DNA of 64,000 bases from positions 2,010 to 66,009 of the forward strand of contig JAPXNL010000001.1 of the NCBI GenBank assembly GCA_033808535.1. The letters are read 5' to 3'. Shown here piece after piece: positions 59,790-64,000 of the stretch. Under the pieces are notes generated by a model. That model was not told where the DNA came from, did no database searches, and worked only from the letters and a program-made list of their open reading frames with translations. The stretch is from Clostridia bacterium (GTDB lineage Bacteria; Bacillota; Clostridia; Oscillospirales; CAG-272). Made by a program: the position numbers and the translations under genes. Positions within the stretch are counted from its first letter, which is position 1; each line of letters begins with the position of its first letter.

Positions 59790-60513
59790 TACGGGTCGGG
59801 TTACAATCGGAAACGCTCAATTTACCGCTAAAAAAAATAGCGCCGGTGCACACGGCGGCAAATCCGCGGCGGGCAAAGCCCGCAAATCCGCAGCGCGACC
59901 GGAACGCAAGCTCCGGCGCGCAAAGCCGGAGATAACGGTCTCCCCGCACGCTTTTATTTTTGATTGCATACTGCTCGCCGACGGAACAATATATGCGCTT
60001 ATCACATTTGCGGCCGCAGCTGTTCACGAGCTCGGGCATCTGGCGGCGGCAGTATTATCGCGCGCGCCGATCCGCCATATATCGTTTTTGCCGCTCGGCG
60101 CGGTTATAACGCTCGGCGAGCCCTGCTCATACCGCGCCGATATTGCCGTAAAGCTCGCCGGGGGAGCCGCGAACCTAGCCGCCGCTGGGGCATGCGCGCT
60201 GCTGCGGAATGCATTATGCCTTTCCGGCCCGGCCGATATCGCCGCGGTGTATTTTATAATATGCTGCATAGCGCTTGCCGCCTTCAATCTGCTGCCTATA
60301 CGCACGCTTGACGGCGGTGAGGCGCTTTTTTCGCTTCTCTCCATGCTGTTCGGACCGGACACAGCCGACCGCGCAATGCGTGTCATTTCGCTCTGCGCGC
60401 TGATCCCTTTATGGCTTGTGTCGGGGTGGACGATGTTTTACACAGGCGGAAATCTGACGCTGATGCTACTCTGCGGATGGCTGTTTTTTGCGGCGGTTTT
60501 GGAGAGCTGTTGA
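59785..60513 (+). CDS. Minimal M50 / SpoIVFB-like site-2 metalloprotease; start codon unresolved
   Basis: The open frame from 59785 contains HELGH (60025-60039) and NLLPIRTLDGG. The first canonical start in frame is TTG 60088, downstream of HExxH. The coordinates give the open frame, not a defined CDS. Confidence 0.5.
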   Translation, partial: HNTGRVTIGNAQFTAKKNSAGAHGGKSAAGKARKSAARPERKLRRAKPEITVSPHAFIFDCILLADGTIYALITFAAAAVHELGHLAAAVLSRAPIRHISFLPLGAVITLGEPCSYRADIAVKLAGGAANLAAAGACALLRNALCLSGPADIAAVYFIICCIALAAFNLLPIRTLDGGEALFSLLSMLFGPDTADRAMRVISLCALIPLWLVSGWTMFYTGGNLTLMLLCGWLFFAAVLESC

Positions 60514-60646
60514 CCGGCGAATCGAGAGGATACATGAGTATTTGGGTGATTTTCACGGTTTAAAGCGGGCTAAATCCGGCCAATTGCAATATATCGCTGA
60601 TAACTCTGAAAAATACGGGAAAATTCAAAGAATTTTTCTAAAAATA

Positions 60647-60675
60647 TTGCATTTTAAAATACAAGGTGTTATAAT
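60647..60675 (+). promoter_or_regulatory. Promoter of the potABCD operon
   Basis: TTGCAT (60647-60652), 17 nt, TATAAT (60670-60675). Confidence 0.65.
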
Positions 60676-60714
60676 AGGGTCGATTTTTATTTAGGAGGTC
60701 TATCGTAACGCAGA

Positions 60715-61872
60715 ATGACGGGATGCGAAAGCTGCATAATCTCGCTTCGGGGCATCACCAAGTACTATAACGGCGAGGCGGTGCTCAGAGGCATAAACCT
60801 CGACATCCACGACAAGGAGTTTATCACGCTGCTGGGGCCTTCCGGCTGCGGAAAAACTACCACGCTGCGGATTATCGGGGGTTTTGTTACGCCTGATGAA
60901 GGTGACGTGTTTTTCAACGGCAAGCGCGTCAACGACGTGCCGCCGTATAAGCGTCCGGTGAACACCGTGTTCCAGAAATACGCTTTGTTCCCACACCTGA
61001 ACGTTTACGATAACATTGCTTTCGGACCTCGCCTTACAAAGGCGTCGGAGAGCGAAATATCGCGCCGGGTCAAAGAAATGCTTGAGCTTGTTAACCTGCG
61101 CGGGTTCGAGCGACGCAGCGTAAACCAGTTGTCGGGCGGTCAGCAGCAGCGCGTGGCTATCGCGCGCGCGCTTATCAACAATCCGAAGGTGCTGCTGCTG
61201 GACGAGCCGCTTGGCGCGCTCGACCTGAAACTGCGCAAGGACATGCAGGTGGAGCTAAAAAACATCCAGCAGCGCATGTCGATTACATTTATATATGTAA
61301 CGCACGACCAGGAAGAAGCGCTGTCGATGTCTGACACCGTAGTCGTCATGGACTCGGGCATTATACAGCAGATAGGCACGCCACAAGAGATTTACAACGA
61401 GCCGGTCAATGCCTTTGTCGCCGACTTCATCGGAGAATCTAACATTCTGGACGGCATAATGTATGCCGACTATGATGTGGGGATATTCGGCAGACATTTT
61501 AAGTGCCTTGACAAAGGTTTTGAAAAGAACGAACCGGTGGATGTTGTCGTGCGTCCCGAGGACATCGATATTGTATCTGTCGAGGACGGAATGCTTTCGG
61601 GCGTGGTTACCAACGTGACCTTCAAAGGTCTGCATTACGAGATAATAATAGATATTGAAGGCTTCAAATGGATGGTGCAGACCACGGACTTCCAGCCTGT
61701 AGAGGCTGTTGTGGGAATCAAAATCGACCCTGACGCCATCCATATCATGAAAAAATCTGAATATTCGGGCGCGTTCGGCGACTACAGCTCATTTTCCGGC
61801 GAGCTGGACAGGCTGTCGGAGCTTGAGGAAGATCCGGAGAAGCCCCCTGCGGAGGAGGAGATCGCGGATTGA
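60715..61872 (+). CDS. potA: Spermidine/putrescine ABC transporter ATP-binding protein
   Basis: Walker [25 protein letters not shown], and the C-terminal TOBE-like domain. Confidence 0.9.
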   Translation: MTGCESCIISLRGITKYYNGEAVLRGINLDIHDKEFITLLGPSGCGKTTTLRIIGGFVTPDEGDVFFNGKRVNDVPPYKRPVNTVFQKYALFPHLNVYDNIAFGPRLTKASESEISRRVKEMLELVNLRGFERRSVNQLSGGQQQRVAIARALINNPKVLLLDEPLGALDLKLRKDMQVELKNIQQRMSITFIYVTHDQEEALSMSDTVVVMDSGIIQQIGTPQEIYNEPVNAFVADFIGESNILDGIMYADYDVGIFGRHFKCLDKGFEKNEPVDVVVRPEDIDIVSVEDGMLSGVVTNVTFKGLHYEIIIDIEGFKWMVQTTDFQPVEAVVGIKIDPDAIHIMKKSEYSGAFGDYSSFSGELDRLSELEEDPEKPPAEEEIAD

Positions 61873-62690
61873 ACAGGTCGTCGCTTGGAGCACGATTAAA
61901 CGCGGCTCCGTATATGCTTTGGGCTGCGATATTCGTGGTGGCTCCGCTCTTAATGGTGGCGTATTACGCGCTGACCGACAAAAAAGGCGCGTTTACGCTT
62001 GCAAATTTCGCACAGCTCGGCGACTTTTCCGACATTTTCGTGCGCTCGATCTGGTTTGCGCTTGTGGCAACTGTCATCTGCCTTATAATTGCGTACCCGA
62101 TCGCCTACAATATAGCCATGCGCCGCGAGCGCACACAGCGGGTGCTCGTGATGCTTGTCATGCTGCCGATGTGGATGAGCTTCCTTTTGCGCACATATTC
62201 ATGGATGACGATTCTTGAGGATACGGGCGTGATAAACACGCTGCTCGGCTACTTCGGCTTAAAACCCCTTCACATGATAAACACATCGGGCGCCGTTATA
62301 TTGGGTATGGTATATAACTTCCTGCCATATATGATTTTGCCCATATACTCGGTGCTCGCAAAGCTCGAGCGCAGCATGATTGAGGCTGCGCAGGATTTGG
62401 GCGCAGGCCGCCTTCAGGTTTTGACCAAAATAATCATCCCCCACAGCATGCCCGGCATTGCGTCGGGTCTGACTATGGTGTTCGTGCCGTCGGTTTCGAC
62501 TTTCTATATCAGCCAGAAGCTGGGCGGCGGCAAGTTTGACCTCATCGGCGACACCATCGAACGTCAGTTCCAGACGCTATACGACTACAACCTTGGTGCG
62601 GCGATTTCGTTTGTGCTTATGATTTTGGTCCTTATCTGCATCGCCGTGCTCAATAAATTCACTGACGAAGAAGGGGAGCTGCTGGTATGA
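61869..62690 (+). CDS. potB: Spermidine/putrescine ABC transporter permease
   Basis: 273-aa six-TM permease with an EAA loop ([10 protein letters not shown]). 4-nt overlap with potA. Confidence 0.88.
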   Translation: MNRSSLGARLNAAPYMLWAAIFVVAPLLMVAYYALTDKKGAFTLANFAQLGDFSDIFVRSIWFALVATVICLIIAYPIAYNIAMRRERTQRVLVMLVMLPMWMSFLLRTYSWMTILEDTGVINTLLGYFGLKPLHMINTSGAVILGMVYNFLPYMILPIYSVLAKLERSMIEAAQDLGAGRLQVLTKIIIPHSMPGIASGLTMVFVPSVSTFYISQKLGGGKFDLIGDTIERQFQTLYDYNLGAAISFVLMILVLICIAVLNKFTDEEGELLV

Positions 62691-63517
62691 AAACCGCCAA
62701 ACGCATTTACACGGCGCTTGTTTTTATATTCCTGTACCTGCCCATCGCCGTCATGATTTTGTACTCATTTAACAAAATAAACAGTACCGGAGTGTTCGGC
62801 GGATTCTCGCTGCGCTGGTATGCGGAACTGTTCAGAGATACTGAAACGCTGACCGCGCTGAGAAACTCTCTTGTGCTTGCCGTTATCTCGTCGCTGTGTG
62901 CGACTGTCATCGGAACGGCGGCAGCGGTAGGCATCGACAAGCTGCGCACGCGCTGGGTCAAGACGCTGACGCTGACCGTTACAAACATCCCGATGGTCAA
63001 CCCCGAGATTGTGACCGGCGTTTCCATGATGCTCTTGTTTGTGTTCGGCGCAAATCTCATGAGAGCTTCGGGAAGCGTGCTTGGGTTCTGGACGATACTC
63101 ATAGCGCATATTACGTTCAACCTGCCATATGTTATATTGTCGGTTCTGCCAAAACTGCGCCAGATCGACCCGCATCTGCAGGAGGCGGCACAGGATCTGG
63201 GCTGTCCGCCGGTCAAGTCGTTTTTCAAGGCGGTGTTTCCGACAATCCTGCCGGGCGTTATCACCGGCGCGGTGATGGCGTTTACGCTCTCGCTCGACGA
63301 TTTTGTAATCAGCTATTTTACAATCGGCCCGGAATTCCAGACATTGCCCATTCGCATTTTCTCAATGACGAAAAAACGCGTAACGCCTGACATTTACGCG
63401 CTGTCGACAATGCTGTTTGCGACAATCCTGCTTCTGCTTATCATCATCAACGCCCTTCAGGCTTACGGTGACAAGCAGCAGGGCAGAAAAGAAAACAGAA
63501 TCAATCGCAGTTTATAA
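62687..63517 (+). CDS. potC: Spermidine/putrescine ABC transporter permease
   Basis: 276-aa permease with EAAQDLGCPP. 4-nt overlap with potB. Confidence 0.88.
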   Translation: MKTAKRIYTALVFIFLYLPIAVMILYSFNKINSTGVFGGFSLRWYAELFRDTETLTALRNSLVLAVISSLCATVIGTAAAVGIDKLRTRWVKTLTLTVTNIPMVNPEIVTGVSMMLLFVFGANLMRASGSVLGFWTILIAHITFNLPYVILSVLPKLRQIDPHLQEAAQDLGCPPVKSFFKAVFPTILPGVITGAVMAFTLSLDDFVISYFTIGPEFQTLPIRIFSMTKKRVTPDIYALSTMLFATILLLLIIINALQAYGDKQQGRKENRINRSL

Positions 63518-63569
63518 ATAATAAAATATAATATTATCCAAAATATAAATGTCCCGGAGGTAAACTGAA

Positions 63570-64000
63570 TTGAAAAAAATATTTCTTTGCACCCTTGTAT
63601 TTGCGCTGCTTGCCTCTTTATTGATACCTCTTACCGTGAGCGCGGAGAGCGAGACGGTGGGCAGCGGATATATCAACGTTTATAACTGGGGCGAATACCT
63701 CTCTGACGGCTCCGACGACTCGCTGAACATCAACGAGGAGTTTACCCGCCGCACCGGCATCAAGGTAAACTACACAAACTATGCCTCAAATGAAGACCTT
63801 TATGCCAAGCTCAAGAGCGGCGGCGCATCGTATGACGTTATCATTCCGTCCGACTATATGATCGAGCGGATGATTGCCGAGGGTATGCTGCAGAAGCTTG
63901 ATTTCTCCAACATACCCAACTATAAATATATAGCCGACGAATACAAGAATCTGTACTTTGACCCGAACAACGAATACAGCGTGCCGTACAATGTCGGCAT
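63570..64000 (+). CDS. potD: Spermidine/putrescine-binding periplasmic protein, N-terminal part (runs off the right edge)
   Basis: TTG start after GGAGGT, a signal peptide, then INVYNWGEYLSDG...YDVIIPSDYMIERM, typical of PotD. Not in the ORF track because it has no stop in the window. Confidence 0.85.
   Translation, partial: MKKIFLCTLVFALLASLLIPLTVSAESETVGSGYINVYNWGEYLSDGSDDSLNINEEFTRRTGIKVNYTNYASNEDLYAKLKSGGASYDVIIPSDYMIERMIAEGMLQKLDFSNIPNYKYIADEYKNLYFDPNNEYSVPYNVG

Noticed and set aside
59790-59950. Reiterated caaa(t/g)ccgc motifs (gcaaatccgcggcgggcaaagcccgcaaatccgcagcg...) that looked like a short tandem array.
   Set aside because: They read in frame as a Lys/Arg/Ala-rich tail (GKSAAGKARKSAARPERKLRRAK) continuous with the M50 protease frame. 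The repetition reflects biased codons for a basic segment, not a non-coding repeat or CRISPR.

Overview
All calls below come from reading the sequence and the ORF track by eye, using remembered family motifs. No database search was run.

This is a 64-kb, gene-dense chromosomal segment from a fairly high-GC Firmicute. Gene content and order look Clostridia-like, which is an inference.

The window spans the replication origin. On the minus strand, dnaA (29338-30768/30807) is followed by an oriC-like spacer (28954-29337), then dnaN-recF-remB(DUF370)-gyrB. The spacer holds relaxed DnaA boxes, six consecutive xAG trinucleotides resembling a DnaA-trio, and an AT-rich unwinding stretch.

Left of the origin, in order:
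- mfd (partial), pth and an acetyltransferase-only GlmU homologue
- ppdK
- a Ku plus ligase-only NHEJ pair
- a tandem HD-GYP protein, DUF2156 and metY
- a lipoprotein with three internal repeats
- a minus-strand sugar/amino-sugar cluster: two Gfo/Idh/MocA oxidoreductases, nagA, a solute-binding lipoprotein, a TIM-barrel isomerase and a D-lyxose-isomerase cupin
- nrnA, rbfA, a WG-repeat protein and rlmH

Right of the origin, in order:
- pfkA, a VanY-type peptidase, a LarA-like protein, a LiaF-like protein, DUF421 and ctc
- a nine-gene V-type ATPase operon with a translationally coupled DUF554 gene
- metA and lepA
- a ManD-like dehydratase plus a signal-less PL8 lyase
- SRAP and DUF1905
- a second orphan solute-binding lipoprotein
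- cysD plus a cysC-cysQ fusion
- an M50 protease
- potABCD (potD partial)

I found no rRNA, tRNA, CRISPR array, transposase, integrase or recognisable defence gene. I do not see a convincing novel multi-gene system. The best leads are:
1. A decayed paralogous operon remnant bracketed by a duplicated promoter-operator module (14401-14917).
2. An unlisted 30-codon Cys-rich micro-protein gene with its own RBS and terminator (20438-20530).
3. An M50 protease whose HExxH motif lies upstream of any canonical start codon (59785-60513).
4. A CysC-CysQ fusion next to cysD with no cysN.
5. DUF554 coupled to a probably Na+-type V-ATPase operon.
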